Positions 9,927-23,080 of a stretch of 64,000 nucleotides of DNA are shown here, one piece after another; position 1 is the first letter of the stretch, and each line of letters begins with the position of its first letter. The notes beneath the pieces are model-generated. The model made no database searches, had not been told where the DNA came from, and worked only from the letters and a program-made list of their open reading frames with translations. The DNA is from an uncultured Clostridia bacterium (GTDB lineage: Bacteria > Bacillota > Clostridia > Christensenellales > CAG-917): the NCBI GenBank assembly GCA_947589395.1, contig CANQAA010000001.1:449-64448 (forward strand). The letters run 5' to 3'. The position numbers were made by a program, and so were the translations under genes.

Positions 9927-10467
9927 GATCGACGAAAAAAGTCTGCTCATAGCGGCAAAAGCGGGCGACGCGGACGCCGAAAACGAATTGATGCTCCTCT
10001 ACAAGGGCTTCGTTTTGCATTTGTCCCGCAGTTTTTTCGCCGCGCATCCCGATTGCGACCCGGACGACCTCGCGCAGGACGGAATGATCGGGCTCATGAA
10101 GGCGATCCGTCATTTCGACCCCGAAGTGGGCGCGTCCTTCAAAACCTTTGCCGCGACTTGCGTCAAAAACGAACTCGCCTCAAGCCTCCTTCACAAAAAG
10201 ACGGTGAACACGGTGGAGCTCGAGGACGTCGAGGGGGCGGGAGATCCCGAAGCCGACGTCATCGAAAACGAGAAGGCGACGGAGCTCTACTTTGGGATCG
10301 CGTCGACGCTGAACGAGACGGAGCTCGAGGTGTTCAAGTTGTTTTTGAACTCCATGACCTATGATGAGATCGCCGCTGAGCTCGGCATAGAAAAGAAAAA
10401 GGTGGACAACACCCTCTTCGCTCTCCGCAAAAAAATCAAAAAATTGCTCGACAAAGGCAAAAAATGA
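9895..10467 (+). CDS. sigH: Sigma-70 family sigma factor, SigH-like by sequence and synteny
   Basis: Region 2 (DLAQDGMIGLMKAIRHFD) and a region 4 HTH (MTYDEIAAELGIEKKKVDNTLFALRKK). Follows mrnC-rlmB. Start is uncertain: 9895 or 9916. Confidence 0.7.
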   Translation: MRQQNKDMKSEIDEKSLLIAAKAGDADAENELMLLYKGFVLHLSRSFFAAHPDCDPDDLAQDGMIGLMKAIRHFDPEVGASFKTFAATCVKNELASSLLHKKTVNTVELEDVEGAGDPEADVIENEKATELYFGIASTLNETELEVFKLFLNSMTYDEIAAELGIEKKKVDNTLFALRKKIKKLLDKGKK

Positions 10468-10540
10468 ATAAAAATTTTTTTCATTCGCTTTACAAATCAA
10501 TTATATTAATATATTATAGTTAAGCATCAACTTGCAAAAT

Positions 10541-10563
10541 CCTTTCCCGAAAGGGACGAAAGG
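10541..10563 (+). promoter_or_regulatory. Hairpin in the rpsF 5' leader (possible S6:S18 autoregulatory element)
   Basis: CCTTTCCC-GAAA-GGG-acg-AAAGG lies immediately before the GGAGG RBS. TTTACA-17-TATTAT promoter-like hexamers lie upstream. Confidence 0.35.
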
Positions 10564-10579
10564 CCAAAAGGAGGTAAAT

Positions 10580-10861
10580 ATGGATAAGTATGAGATCTTG
10601 TACATCATCCGCAACACCGTCGACGACGACCGCAAAACTCAGGTCGTCGAAAAGTTTGAAAACCTCGTAGCTTCTTTGGGAGGCACAGTGGACTCCCTCG
10701 AAAAGTGGGGACTCAAAAAGTTCGCTTACGAGATCGAAAAACAAACCGAAGGCTACTATGTGCTCATGAACGTCACCTGCACAAAGGAAGCTCAGGCGGA
10801 GATCGACAGGCTTATGCGCAACGATGAGGCGATCATCAGGCAAATGATTTTGAAAAAGTAA
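10580..10861 (+). CDS. rpsF: 30S ribosomal protein S6
   Basis: MDKYEILYIIRN...EKWGLKKFAYEI. RBS AGGAGG. Confidence 0.93.
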   Translation: MDKYEILYIIRNTVDDDRKTQVVEKFENLVASLGGTVDSLEKWGLKKFAYEIEKQTEGYYVLMNVTCTKEAQAEIDRLMRNDEAIIRQMILKK

Positions 10862-10873
10862 AAGGAGAAAATT

Positions 10874-11257
10874 ATGAACAAAGTGTTTTTGATTGGCAAT
10901 CTGACCAAAGACCCGGAGCTTGCGACAACGTCAAGCGGTATCAAGTTTTGCAGATTTACCCTCGCTGTGTCCAGGAGCTATTCCAAAGACGGCAAGAGAG
11001 AAACGGATTTTCTCCCTGTGGTCGTTTGGAGAGCGCAAGCCGAAAATTGCGCGCGCTATCTCAAAAAGGGAAGCAAGGCGGCAATAAGCGGCAGCATTCA
11101 GACGAGAACGTACGACACGCAGGACGGCGGCCGTCGTTTTGTCACCGAAATTGCGGCAGACGAGGTACAGTTCCTCTCCACGAGGAACGAGGACGAGAGA
11201 GGCGACGATGTGGATTTTGACGACCTCAAACCCATCGACGAGGACCTCCCATTCTGA
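10874..11257 (+). CDS. ssb: Single-stranded DNA-binding protein
   Basis: MNKVFLIGNLTKDPEL...FLPVVVWRAQAEN, with an acidic C-terminal tip DEDLPF. Confidence 0.93.
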   Translation: MNKVFLIGNLTKDPELATTSSGIKFCRFTLAVSRSYSKDGKRETDFLPVVVWRAQAENCARYLKKGSKAAISGSIQTRTYDTQDGGRRFVTEIAADEVQFLSTRNEDERGDDVDFDDLKPIDEDLPF

Positions 11258-11272
11258 TAAGGAGATTTTATT

Positions 11273-11521
11273 ATGGCAGAAGAAGTGAAAGCGCCGCGTC
11301 CCGCAAAAAGGGCGCCCAAGAAAAAAGTTTGTCAATTCTGCGTCGAGCACGTCGAGTATATTGATTACAAGGACACCGCAAGACTCAGAAGGTACATCAC
11401 CGAAAAGGGCAAGATCCTGCCCCGCCGTATGAGCGGCGTGTGCGCAAAGCATCAGCGTCCGCTCGCCGTCGCGATCAAAAGAGCAAGACAAATGGCTCTG
11501 CTCCCCTACAAAGCCGACTGA
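11273..11521 (+). CDS. rpsR: 30S ribosomal protein S18
   Basis: [47 protein letters not shown]. Confidence 0.93.
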   Translation: MAEEVKAPRPAKRAPKKKVCQFCVEHVEYIDYKDTARLRRYITEKGKILPRRMSGVCAKHQRPLAVAIKRARQMALLPYKAD

Positions 11522-11604
11522 TCGCGGCAACCAAAAAAAAGATATCGCCCTCCTCAAAGATACAACGCAATTTTTTGTCGGGCATATCCTGAAAACATCA
11601 TCAA

Positions 11605-11642
11605 ACAAAAAAAGTCCTCGTTTTTGCGAGGACTTTTTGTTT
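11605..11642. terminator. Bidirectional intrinsic terminator after rpsR
   Basis: AGTCCTCG/CGAGGACT stem flanked by an A-run and a T-run. Confidence 0.7.
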
Positions 11643-11686
11643 GATTAAATCCAAATGGCTTTTTATGTTTCGCGCTTTTGAAAAAG

Positions 11687-12643
11687 TTATTCCCTGACTT
11701 CTTCCTCAGGTTCGGCGGGGGCGGAGGGGTCGACGACGGCGGTGGGAGCGCCGTCGGATTGCTCTTCCTTTTTCGCGACAAGGGAGCAGATATAGGAGTC
11801 CGTCTCGCAGTCCACGACGTTGATGGAATATATCGCGACGGGCACGAGTATCAAAAGCGCAAGCACCACGTTGAAGAGGGAGATCAGCAGCGCGAGCGCG
11901 ACGTTCATCACCAGCACTATCACGATAAACAGGAAGTGTTGAAACACGTTGCCCGGCGTCAAAACTTCCTTCAAGGATATCTTTTTGTCGTTGTACACGA
12001 GCCAGGACGTCGCAAGGTTGATGATGCCCGCAAACGTCACGAACGCCACCATCGCGATGAGGCTGTACATCTTGATGAGGGAGACGAGAAAGAGGAACGC
12101 GATGACGCACACCGCCTCGAAAAGGGGCGCGAGCGTGTGCGCGATCACAAACTTTTTGACGTTGCGCTTCGCGACCTTGCGCCTAAGCGCAAATCGAGTG
12201 ACGTAGCTTGCGATGGTTATGCCCGCAGCTCCAAGCGCGATCGCGCCGCCGAGTTGAGCGAGCAACGTGCTTTTGAGATTGGAAACTATCGCGGTGAACT
12301 CCGCCTCAAAACCCGCCGTCGACACATTGAGCGTCTCAAAGAAGTTGACGAGGGTGCTTTGCAACCAATTTACGTCCAGCACTTGTCTCAGAACGCTGAG
12401 AAGCGACCCGTTCCACTCTATCTGCCCGAACGAATACGCAAGGGCGTCCTCAACGGATGCGGAGGACTGCTCCACCGACGTGCCCACAAGTTCCACGAGG
12501 TCGCCCAACGACCCTGCAAAGCTCTGCACCGCCGTCCCCAAAAACATGAAGACGGCAAGCAGCACGAAAAGATATACTATGCCCATAGGAATGAACACAT
12601 AAAGAAGGTTTGAAAAGAAGTTTTTGAGAGAATTTTTTATCAT
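11687..12643 (-). CDS. Hypothetical polytopic membrane protein
   Basis: 318-aa ORF with several long hydrophobic segments and an acidic/proline tail. The antisense ORF of similar length is Arg/His-rich and implausible. Confidence 0.65.
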   Translation of the reverse strand: MIKNSLKNFFSNLLYVFIPMGIVYLFVLLAVFMFLGTAVQSFAGSLGDLVELVGTSVEQSSASVEDALAYSFGQIEWNGSLLSVLRQVLDVNWLQSTLVNFFETLNVSTAGFEAEFTAIVSNLKSTLLAQLGGAIALGAAGITIASYVTRFALRRKVAKRNVKKFVIAHTLAPLFEAVCVIAFLFLVSLIKMYSLIAMVAFVTFAGIINLATSWLVYNDKKISLKEVLTPGNVFQHFLFIVIVLVMNVALALLISLFNVVLALLILVPVAIYSINVVDCETDSYICSLVAKKEEQSDGAPTAVVDPSAPAEPEEEVRE

Positions 12644-12724
12644 GGCGCTATCCTACGGTATAACGGTAACCTTTCTTTTGAATTTTGTCAAGTCAAACGA
12701 CGCCCCTTGCGCAAGACTGCGCAA

Positions 12725-12775
12725 ATTTTCGCCCCATATCGACAAAATGCGACAAAATTTCGCATACAGGTCGCA
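12725..12775 (-). promoter_or_regulatory. 10-bp phased TGTCG(A/C)-type motifs upstream of the membrane-protein gene
   Basis: Minus-strand TGTCGAT (12738-12744) and TGTCGCA (12748-12754), plus weaker copies at about 10-bp steps. Confidence 0.35.
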
Positions 12776-12777
12776 AT

Positions 12778-13317
12778 TCAGCTTATTTTCTTTGCCATCT
12801 CGTACGCCTCGACGAACGCGGGAGTCCCCTTTACGCTTCCCTTCTCGTCCGCGCCCACGCCGTAGACAACGCCTGAAAGAGTCGCGCCCTCAAAGCAGTC
12901 CAAAAAGCCTTGAACCGTGTGGATCGCCCCGTCCATAGCGCTTCTCTCGGCATCTGCGGAAGTTGCGAGCAGATAGAAGTCTTTGAACTTGTTGTCCCTG
13001 CCGTAGAGCGGATTCATGCGATCGAGGAAGGTTTTGAGCTGTCCGCACACGGAGTAGTAGTATATCGGGGTCGCAAGCACGACGACATCCGCGCCGCCGA
13101 CTGTGCCGAGCACGTCGTTCACGCCGTCCGATTGCACGCATCTGCCCAATTTTAGACACGCCATGCACCCAAGACAATATTTGAGTTGCATATCTCTGAG
13201 ATTTATCACGGTCACTTTGTTGCCCGCCTCAGTCGCGCCTTTTTCGAATTGTTTTGCGAGAAGTTCGGAATTTCCGTCCCTTCTCAAGCTGGAATTGATG
13301 ATGACTATGTTTTTCAT
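12778..13317 (-). CDS. Flavodoxin-like NAD(P)H-dependent FMN reductase family protein
   Basis: MKNIVIINSSLRRDGNSELL...LATPIYYYSVCGQLKTFLDR matches the FMN_red / iron-sulfur flavoprotein pattern. Confidence 0.75.
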   Translation of the reverse strand: MKNIVIINSSLRRDGNSELLAKQFEKGATEAGNKVTVINLRDMQLKYCLGCMACLKLGRCVQSDGVNDVLGTVGGADVVVLATPIYYYSVCGQLKTFLDRMNPLYGRDNKFKDFYLLATSADAERSAMDGAIHTVQGFLDCFEGATLSGVVYGVGADEKGSVKGTPAFVEAYEMAKKIS

Positions 13318-13421
13318 ATATCCTCCAAACGCGGGTTTTATCACGCAAAATACGTTATATAAACATCATTTTGCGCGATATGACAAACGAAAAGGAAGCG
13401 TTGCCGCTTCCTTTTTTATCG

Positions 13422-15956
13422 TTAATTTTCTTCGGCGGGAGCTACGGCCTCGCCTTCCGTCTCTTCGGGCTCCTGAGCCTCTCCGGGTTCTTCGTCCTCG
13501 TGCGGGGTGAGAGCCACAGCCATGACGTTGACGTCGCCTCTCAGCTTCATCACGCGCACTCCCTGCGTCGCGCGCCCGATCTTGCTTATCTCATCGGACT
13601 GCACTCTTATGATGACGCCGGAGTCCGTTATCATCATGACATCCATATCCGACGGAATGACGTTGAGGCCTACAAGCTCGCCCGTCTTTTCGTTGAATAT
13701 GCCCGCCTTGACGCCCTTGCCCGCTCTGCCTTGAAGCGGATAATCCTCTATCTGCGTGCGCTTGCCGTAGCCGCCTGCGGTCACTGTGAGGATCTCGTCG
13801 CCCTCGTGCACGACCGTGAGCGCGACGATGGTCGCGCCTGCCGGCAAATTCATCGCCTTGACGCCCATTGCCGTCCTTCCCATCGGGCGGATGTCCTTTT
13901 CGTGGAAGTGGATGGCGTAGCCCGCGCTGTTTGCGATGAGCAGCTCGGAGTTGCCGTAGGTTATCATCGCGTTGATGAGCTCGTCCTCTTCGTTGAACTT
14001 TATCGCGATCTTGCCGTTGCGCTTGATGGACTCGAACTCCTCAAGCGGAGTCTTTTTGATGAGGCCCTTCTTTGTGACGAGCACGAGGAACTTGTCCTTG
14101 AGATCGTCCGGCATCTGCAAAAACGCCTGTATCTTTTCGCCCTGCTCGAGTTGCAGCAGATTGACCGCCGCTCTGCCCCTCGCGTTTCTCGTCGCTTCGG
14201 GGATCTCGTACGCCTTAAGCGTGAACACTTTGCCGAAGTTTGTGAAGAACATCAGCCTCTCGTGCGTGTTGGATGTGAAGATCTTTTCCACAAAGTCCTC
14301 GTCCTTCGCCTTGTGCGCGGTGATGCCAACGCCGCCCCTGTGCTGAGCCTTGTACTCGCTGACGGGCAAGCGTTTGATGTAGCCGCCGTGCGTCATAGAG
14401 ATGACGACGTCCTCCTTTTCGATGAGGTCCTCGATGTCGATATCGCCGTAGTCGTAGGTGATCTCGGAGAGTCTCGGCGTGTTGTATTGCGCCTTGATCT
14501 GCAAAAGCTCCTCAACGATGATCTTTTTGACTTCTTCGTCGTTTGAGAGTACGAAGTTGAAGTAGTCTATCTCCTTTTCGAGAGAAGCGAGTTCCTCTTC
14601 GAGCTTTTCGACTTCCAAGCCGGTGAGGCGTTGCAGTCTCATGTCGAGGATGGCGGCGGACTGTCTCTCGCTCAGCCCGTAGTTTTCCATGAGCTTGGAT
14701 ATCGCGTCCTGACGATCCCTCGATTTTTTCAAGAGTTCGACGATCGCGTCGATGTTTTCAAGCGCGATGTGCAAGCCGAGCAAGATGTGCTGTCTTTCGA
14801 GCGCCTTTTCGAGGTCGAAGCGGGTGCGGCGGACGATGACGTCCTGCTGATGCGCGGCGTACGCTTCGAGGATCTCTTTGAGGTTGAGCACCTTCGGCAC
14901 TCCGTCGACGAGCGCGAGCATGATCATGCTGAAGTTGGTCTGCATCGCGGTCTGTTTGTAAAGTTGATTGAGCAAAACTTGCGCGTTGACGTCTTTTTTA
15001 AGCTCGATGACGATGCGCATGCCGTGACGGTCGGTCTCTTCTCTCAGGTCCGAAATGCCCTCGAGGCGCTTGTCCTTGACCTGGTCGGCGATATTCTCGA
15101 TGAGCTTGGCCTTGTTGACCTGATATGGGATCTCGGTGACAATGATGTGGCTTCTGCCGTTGGGTTGCTCCTCTATCTCCGCCTTTGCGCGCAATATGGC
15201 CATGCCTCGTCCCGTGCGATACGCCTGACGGATCGCGCTTCTGCCAAGCACGAGCGCTCCCGTCGGGAAGTCGGGCGCGGGAATGAACTCCATGAGTTCG
15301 TCGATCGTTATCTCGGGATTTTTGATGAGCGCGACCGTCGCGTCGATGACCTCGCCGAGATTGTGGGGAGGAATGGATGTCGCCATGCCCACCGCTATGC
15401 CGTCCGAGCCGTTGACGAGCAGGTTCGGGAAGCGGGAAGGAAGCACGACGGGCTGCTCTCTCGTGTCGTCGAAGTTGGGATAAAAGTCCACCGTCTTTTT
15501 GTCGATGTCCCTTATCATCTCGAGCGCTATCTTGCTCAGCCTCGCCTCAGTGTAACGATACGCCGCCGCCGGGTCGCCGTCGACCGAGCCGAAGTTGCCG
15601 TGTCCGTCGACCAAAGGACAGCGAATGGAGAAGTCTTGCGCGAGCCTGACGAGCGCGTCATAGACGGAGCTGTCGCCGTGAGGGTGATATTTGCCCAGCA
15701 CTTCGCCGACGACCATAGCGCACTTTCTGTACGGCTTGTCGGGGGTGAGACCGAGCTCGCTCATGGCGTAAAGTATGCGCCTGTGCACGGGCTTCAGACC
15801 GTCGCGCACGTCGGGAATGGCTCTTGACACGTTGACCGCCATCGCGTACGAGATGAAGGAGCGCTTCAGCTCGCCGTTGATCTCCACGTCTTTGACAGTG
15901 GAGTTGGCAATATGCTCTATATACTCATTGTTTTTGTCGTCTCTGATGTTTGCCAT
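13422..15956 (-). CDS. gyrA: DNA gyrase subunit A
   Basis: [30 protein letters not shown] (QRDR region) and a full-length 844-aa GyrA with an acidic tail. Confidence 0.97.
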   Translation of the reverse strand: MANIRDDKNNEYIEHIANSTVKDVEINGELKRSFISYAMAVNVSRAIPDVRDGLKPVHRRILYAMSELGLTPDKPYRKCAMVVGEVLGKYHPHGDSSVYDALVRLAQDFSIRCPLVDGHGNFGSVDGDPAAAYRYTEARLSKIALEMIRDIDKKTVDFYPNFDDTREQPVVLPSRFPNLLVNGSDGIAVGMATSIPPHNLGEVIDATVALIKNPEITIDELMEFIPAPDFPTGALVLGRSAIRQAYRTGRGMAILRAKAEIEEQPNGRSHIIVTEIPYQVNKAKLIENIADQVKDKRLEGISDLREETDRHGMRIVIELKKDVNAQVLLNQLYKQTAMQTNFSMIMLALVDGVPKVLNLKEILEAYAAHQQDVIVRRTRFDLEKALERQHILLGLHIALENIDAIVELLKKSRDRQDAISKLMENYGLSERQSAAILDMRLQRLTGLEVEKLEEELASLEKEIDYFNFVLSNDEEVKKIIVEELLQIKAQYNTPRLSEITYDYGDIDIEDLIEKEDVVISMTHGGYIKRLPVSEYKAQHRGGVGITAHKAKDEDFVEKIFTSNTHERLMFFTNFGKVFTLKAYEIPEATRNARGRAAVNLLQLEQGEKIQAFLQMPDDLKDKFLVLVTKKGLIKKTPLEEFESIKRNGKIAIKFNEEDELINAMITYGNSELLIANSAGYAIHFHEKDIRPMGRTAMGVKAMNLPAGATIVALTVVHEGDEILTVTAGGYGKRTQIEDYPLQGRAGKGVKAGIFNEKTGELVGLNVIPSDMDVMMITDSGVIIRVQSDEISKIGRATQGVRVMKLRGDVNVMAVALTPHEDEEPGEAQEPEETEGEAVAPAEEN

Positions 15957-15966
15957 ATCTCACTCC

Positions 15967-17946
<1,980 letters not shown>

Positions 17947-18051
17947 TCAAATATAATAAGGCTTTGCAACAATTTTCCGAAAATTATCAAATTAAGTGTT
18001 ACACACTTAAAGTCCTCTGCCTTTGAAGTTTTCAAGCGGAAGGGCGAACGA

Positions 18052-18084
18052 CGAAAAGCGGCGGGACGACCCGCCGCAAAAAAC
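18052..18084 (-). terminator. Intrinsic terminator downstream of purL
   Basis: GCGGCGGG-tcgt-CCCGCCGC on the minus strand, followed by TTTTCG. Confidence 0.6.
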
Positions 18085-18109
18085 TTGTTTTTCAATTGTG
18101 CTTTCGCGC

Positions 18110-21100
18110 TCACTTGAAATATTCCACAGCGCTTTCAAACAGCTTCATGTCGTAGTTGCCGGGCACGTTTTGATAGAGCCCGCCGCCCTTTCTTTCCGCA
18201 TGTCCCATCTTGCCGAAGATCCTGCCGTCGGGAGAGAGCACGCCCTCTATCGCGTTCACGCTGCCGTTGGGGTTGAAGCGGATGTCCATCGTGGGCTCGT
18301 CCTCGAGGTCGACGTATTGGGTCATAATCTGTCCGTTCTCTGCAAGTTTTTTCACGAGCTCGTTCGAGGCGATGAACTTGCCTTCGCCGTGCGATATCGG
18401 GACGGAGAACACGTCGCCGACGTTGACTTTTTTGAGCCAAGCGGACGCGTTGGAGGCGACTCTCACCCTCACGATACGCGACTGGTGTCTGCCAATGTCG
18501 TTGTATGTGAGCGTGGGGCAGGTCTCGTCTGCGTCGACGATCCTGCCGTAGGGCACGAGCCCGAGTTTGATGAGCGCCTGAAAACCGTTGCAAATGCCGC
18601 CCATGAGCCCGTCGCGCTTTGCAAGAAGCTCCTCGATCTGCTCGCGCACTTCGCCGTTTCTGAAAAACGCCGTGATGAACTTGCCGGAGCCGTCCGGCTC
18701 GTCTCCGCCCGAAAAGCCGCCCGGAATGAACACGATCTGACTGTCCTTGATAAGCGACGCAAACTCGCTCACCGACCTTGCGACGTCGTCCGCGCTGCCG
18801 TTTCTTATCACAAACAGCTTCGCCTTGCCACCCGCGTCCTCGAACGCCTTTTTCGTGTCGTACTCGCAATTCGTGCCGGGAAAGACGGGAATGAGTACGC
18901 TCGGACGCGCGACTTTGACGTGAGCCTCGAACTTCTTCTCGCTCTTGTAGCTCGCCTTGAAGGTCTCCCCCTCGACCTTGATGTTGCAGGGGTACACGCT
19001 CTCGAGCTTGTCCTCGTAAATCTTTTGAAGCTCATCGAGCGGAAGTCTCTCGCCGCTCATCTCTATGACGGGGGCGGATATCGTCTCGCCAAGCAGTTCG
19101 AACTCCTCTGCGTCGTCGACCATTTCGAGCACGAAACTGCCGTAGCAATATTCAAAAACGGCACTTAAAGTGGTGTTTTTGTCATATTCAAACCCGATTT
19201 TGTTGCCAATGCACGCTTTGAACACGCCTTCCGCAACGCCGCCGTACGTCGGGGTGAAACAGCTGACCGCCCGCCCGCTTTGCAAGAGCGTCGAGACGAT
19301 CTCGAAGTTCTTTTTGAGGGAGTCTTTTTCGGGCAAGCCGTTTTTATATTCGGGTCTTATTATGACGACCTTGTGTCCCGCCGCCTTGAAGACGTTGTCT
19401 TTCACTTCGTTCGCCTTTCCCGTCGTCACGGCAAACGAGACGAGCGTGGGCGGGACGTCGATGCTTTCAAACGTGCCGCTCATGGAGTCCTTGCCGCCTA
19501 TCGCCGCGATCTCGAGATCCTTTTGCGCCTCGAACGCGCCCAGCAACGCCTCAAACGGCTGCGCCCAACGCCTCTCGTCCCTCATGGGTTTGAGGAAATA
19601 TTCCTGAAAAGTCAAATACATGTCCTCAAAATGCGCGCCGCTTGCAATCAGTTTACTCACGCTCTCCACGACCGCGAGATACGCGCCGTGATACGGGCTC
19701 TTTTCAAGGATATACGGATTCGACCCCCACGCCATATACGAGACGGAGTCCGTGTGACCGTTTTCAAGCGAGATGAGGTGGACCATCGCCTGCGGAGGAG
19801 TCTGTTGATATTTGCCGCCAAATGGCATGAGCACCGTGCCCGCGCCTATCGTCGAATCGAATCTCTCTGCCAGCCCGCGTTTGGAGCAGACGTTGAGATC
19901 GTCAAGTAACGCCTCGTAGCCCGCCTTGAAGTCCGTCGGGACGCGCTTTGCAAACGGTTTTGCCGCTTGAGATCTGACGCGAATGTGCTTCTCCGCTCCG
20001 TTGGAGTTCAAAAATTCCCTCGAGATGTCGACGATCGCCTTGCCCCGCCACTTCATGACGAGGCGGTTTTCATCCGTGACTCTCGCGACTTCCGTCGCCT
20101 CCAAATTCTCCTCGTTTGCGAGCGCGACGAAGCGCCTGACTTTGTCCGCCTCGACGACCACCGCCATTCTCTCCTGAGACTCCGAGATGGCAAGCTCCGT
20201 GCCGTCCAGCCCGTCGTACTTTTTGGGAACGAGGTCGAGGTTTATCTCAAGCCCGTCCGCAAGCTCGCCTATCGCGACGGACACGCCTCCCGCGCCGAAG
20301 TCGTTGCAACGCTTGATGAGAAGCGTCGCCTCCTTGTTGCGGAAAAGCCTCTGCAACTTTCTCTCTTCCGGAGCGTTGCCCTTTTGAACTTCCGCTCCGC
20401 ATTGCGTGAGGGAGCTTTGCGTGTGCGATTTGCTCGAACCAGTCGCGCCGCCGCAGCCGTCTCTGCCCGTCTTGCCGCCGAGCAAGATGACCCGATCTCC
20501 CGCCTTTGGGACTTCGCGCCGCACGTTCTCCTGAGGAGTCGCGGCGATGACCGCGCCTATCTCCAGCCTCTTTGCGACGTAGCCTTCGTGATACATCTCG
20601 TCCACCTGCCCTGTCGCGAGCCCGATCTGATTGCCATACGACGAATAGCCCGCCGCCGCCGTAGTCACGATCTTTCGCTGCGGGAGCTTGCCCGCCAATG
20701 TGTCCTTGACGGGAACGAGGGGGTTTGCCGCGCCCGTGACGCGCATCGCCGCATAGACGTAGCTCCTGCCCGAAAGCGGGTCGCGTATTGCGCCGCCGAT
20801 GCAGGTCGCCGCGCCGCCGAATGGCTCTATTTCTGTGGGATGGTTGTGCGTTTCGTTTTTGAAGAGCAACAGCCAATCCTCGTCCTTGCCGTCCACGTTG
20901 ACCTTGATCTTGACCGTGCAGGCGTTGATCTCGTCGCTCTCGTCGAGTTTCGCGAGCTTGCCGCGAGCCTTGAGCAACTTCGCCGCGATCGTGCCTATGT
21001 CCATGAGGTTGACGGGCTTTGTCCTGCCAATTTCCTTTCTTGCGGAAAGATAGTCCTCATACGCCGCCTCTATCTCGGCGTCCTCGAACGTGACGTCGTC

Positions 21101-21796
21101 TATCGTCGTCAAAAACGTGGTGTGGCGGCAGTGATCCGACCAATATGTATCGATCATTCGTATCTCGGTGAGAGACGGATCTCTTTTTTCTCCTTTGAAG
21201 TACTCCTGACAGAACTTTGCGTCCGCAAGATCCATCGCGAGCGCGTATTTTTGTCTGAACTCATCAAGTCCTCTCTCGTCGAGCTGCAAAAATCCGTGCA
21301 ATATCTCGACGTCGCTCGGGGTGGGATACTCCGCTTTGAGCGTGCTCGGCAAAGCCTTGTCCGCCTCGCGGGACTCGACGGGGTTGATGACGTAGCGCTT
21401 GATCGTCGCAAGCTCCTCATCCGTGATGTCGCCGTAGATCATAAAGACCTTTGCCGTCCTCACCGTCGGGCGCTTGCCCTTTGAGATGAGCTGAATGCAT
21501 TGAGAGGCGGAGTCCGCCCTCTGATCGAACTGTCCGGGCAGATACTCCGTCAAAAACACCCTTGCGCCGTCCTCTTCGAGGGAGTCGTAGGTCGCGTCCA
21601 TCTGCGGCTCGGAAAACACCGTGCGAACTGCCGTGTCAAACAGCGCCCTGTCCATATCCTCCGCGTCGTAGCGGTTCAAAAGGCGCACTCTTGTCACGCC
21701 CTTGATCTCGAGCAGTTCGTTGATGTCGAACTTCAGCGCCTTCGCCTCGTTGTCAAAGCCGGGTTTTTTTTCGACAAAAATTCTGAAAACCATCAT
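18110..21796 (-). CDS. purL: Phosphoribosylformylglycinamidine synthase, single-chain form
   Basis: 1228 aa. IDTYWSDHCRHTTF and NHPTEIEPFGGAATCIGG motifs, with a C-terminal glutaminase domain (GICNGFQ). Confidence 0.95.
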   Translation of the reverse strand: MMVFRIFVEKKPGFDNEAKALKFDINELLEIKGVTRVRLLNRYDAEDMDRALFDTAVRTVFSEPQMDATYDSLEEDGARVFLTEYLPGQFDQRADSASQCIQLISKGKRPTVRTAKVFMIYGDITDEELATIKRYVINPVESREADKALPSTLKAEYPTPSDVEILHGFLQLDERGLDEFRQKYALAMDLADAKFCQEYFKGEKRDPSLTEIRMIDTYWSDHCRHTTFLTTIDDVTFEDAEIEAAYEDYLSARKEIGRTKPVNLMDIGTIAAKLLKARGKLAKLDESDEINACTVKIKVNVDGKDEDWLLLFKNETHNHPTEIEPFGGAATCIGGAIRDPLSGRSYVYAAMRVTGAANPLVPVKDTLAGKLPQRKIVTTAAAGYSSYGNQIGLATGQVDEMYHEGYVAKRLEIGAVIAATPQENVRREVPKAGDRVILLGGKTGRDGCGGATGSSKSHTQSSLTQCGAEVQKGNAPEERKLQRLFRNKEATLLIKRCNDFGAGGVSVAIGELADGLEINLDLVPKKYDGLDGTELAISESQERMAVVVEADKVRRFVALANEENLEATEVARVTDENRLVMKWRGKAIVDISREFLNSNGAEKHIRVRSQAAKPFAKRVPTDFKAGYEALLDDLNVCSKRGLAERFDSTIGAGTVLMPFGGKYQQTPPQAMVHLISLENGHTDSVSYMAWGSNPYILEKSPYHGAYLAVVESVSKLIASGAHFEDMYLTFQEYFLKPMRDERRWAQPFEALLGAFEAQKDLEIAAIGGKDSMSGTFESIDVPPTLVSFAVTTGKANEVKDNVFKAAGHKVVIIRPEYKNGLPEKDSLKKNFEIVSTLLQSGRAVSCFTPTYGGVAEGVFKACIGNKIGFEYDKNTTLSAVFEYCYGSFVLEMVDDAEEFELLGETISAPVIEMSGERLPLDELQKIYEDKLESVYPCNIKVEGETFKASYKSEKKFEAHVKVARPSVLIPVFPGTNCEYDTKKAFEDAGGKAKLFVIRNGSADDVARSVSEFASLIKDSQIVFIPGGFSGGDEPDGSGKFITAFFRNGEVREQIEELLAKRDGLMGGICNGFQALIKLGLVPYGRIVDADETCPTLTYNDIGRHQSRIVRVRVASNASAWLKKVNVGDVFSVPISHGEGKFIASNELVKKLAENGQIMTQYVDLEDEPTMDIRFNPNGSVNAIEGVLSPDGRIFGKMGHAERKGGGLYQNVPGNYDMKLFESAVEYFK

Positions 21797-23067
21797 TTCC
21801 TCTCTATCGCCTCGAGCGCGCGACGGCCTATGTCGTGGCGCATAAAGGCGTTTTCAAAGTGTATTTTGCCTGCCAATTTATATGCCTTGTCAATTGCGCC
21901 CGCAAGCGTCGCGCCCCTTGCCACCGCGCCGAGCACTCTGCCACCGGACGTCAACAGTTTGTCCCCTTCCGCCTTTGCTCCCGCGATATAGATGTATTCG
22001 TTTTTGTCGAGCGTTGGAAGGTCGATTTGATAACCTGTGTTGTATTTTTGCGGATATCCGTCGCTTGCAAGCACCACGCAGCACGCGCTGTCCGTTGAAA
22101 ACTTCACTTCGACTTCGCCGAGTCTCTCGTCGGCTACCGCGAGCATTATCTCAAACAGATCGCTCTCGAGAAGGGGCAACACCACCTGTGTTTCGGGATC
22201 GCCGAAGCGGCAGTTGTACTCTATCACCTTCGCCCCGTCTTTTGTCAGCATCAGGCCGAAGTACAAACAGCCCTTGAAAGGTCTGCCATCCGCGTTCATC
22301 GCGCGAACTGTCGGAAGGAATATCTTTTGCATGCACTCCTCTTGAATTTCCTTTGTGTAGTACGGATTTGGCGCGACAGCGCCCATGCCGCCCGTGTTCA
22401 GCCCCATGTCGAAGTCGTGCGCGCGCTTGTGATCCATCGAGGAGACCATCGGGACGAGCGTCTTGCCGTCCGTGAAGGAGAGCACCGAAACTTCCGGTCC
22501 CGTCAAAAACTCCTCGACGAGCACCCTGTTGCCGCTCTCGCCGAAGACGTGCTCCACCATGATCTCGTCTATCGCCGCCCTTGCCTCCTCAAAGTCGTTG
22601 ACGATGATCGCGCCCTTGCCGAGCGCAAGTCCGTCCGCCTTGACCACGCAGGGATATTCAGAGGTCTCAAGATACAAGAGCGCGTCCTTCGCGTTGTCGA
22701 AAACTTCGCTCTTTGCAGTGGGGATCCCGTACTTTTGCATGAGCCTTTTGGAAAAGACTTTGCTGCCCTCTATCTCGGCCGCCTTCGCGTTTGGGCCGAA
22801 GCACTTGACCCCGACCTCTTCGAGCGCGTCGACCATGCCGAGCACGAGGGGATTGTCGGGCGTGACGACGGCAAAATCTATGCCGTTCGCCTTTGCGAAC
22901 TCGACCATGCCTTTAATATCGGTGGCTTTTACGCTCACGCACTCCGCGTCCGCCGCTATGCCGCCGTTGCCGGGCGCGCAAAACAGCTTGTCGACCTTTT
23001 TGCTTTTCTTCAACGCTTTCACGACGGCGTGTTCTCTTCCTCCGCCGCCAACGACCAATACTCTCAT
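21793..23067 (-). CDS. purD: Phosphoribosylamine--glycine ligase
   Basis: MRVLVVGGGGREHA and an ATP-grasp body. Overlaps the purL start by 4 nt. Confidence 0.95.
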   Translation of the reverse strand: MRVLVVGGGGREHAVVKALKKSKKVDKLFCAPGNGGIAADAECVSVKATDIKGMVEFAKANGIDFAVVTPDNPLVLGMVDALEEVGVKCFGPNAKAAEIEGSKVFSKRLMQKYGIPTAKSEVFDNAKDALLYLETSEYPCVVKADGLALGKGAIIVNDFEEARAAIDEIMVEHVFGESGNRVLVEEFLTGPEVSVLSFTDGKTLVPMVSSMDHKRAHDFDMGLNTGGMGAVAPNPYYTKEIQEECMQKIFLPTVRAMNADGRPFKGCLYFGLMLTKDGAKVIEYNCRFGDPETQVVLPLLESDLFEIMLAVADERLGEVEVKFSTDSACCVVLASDGYPQKYNTGYQIDLPTLDKNEYIYIAGAKAEGDKLLTSGGRVLGAVARGATLAGAIDKAYKLAGKIHFENAFMRHDIGRRALEAIERK

Positions 23068-23080
23068 ATTCCCCTCCCTA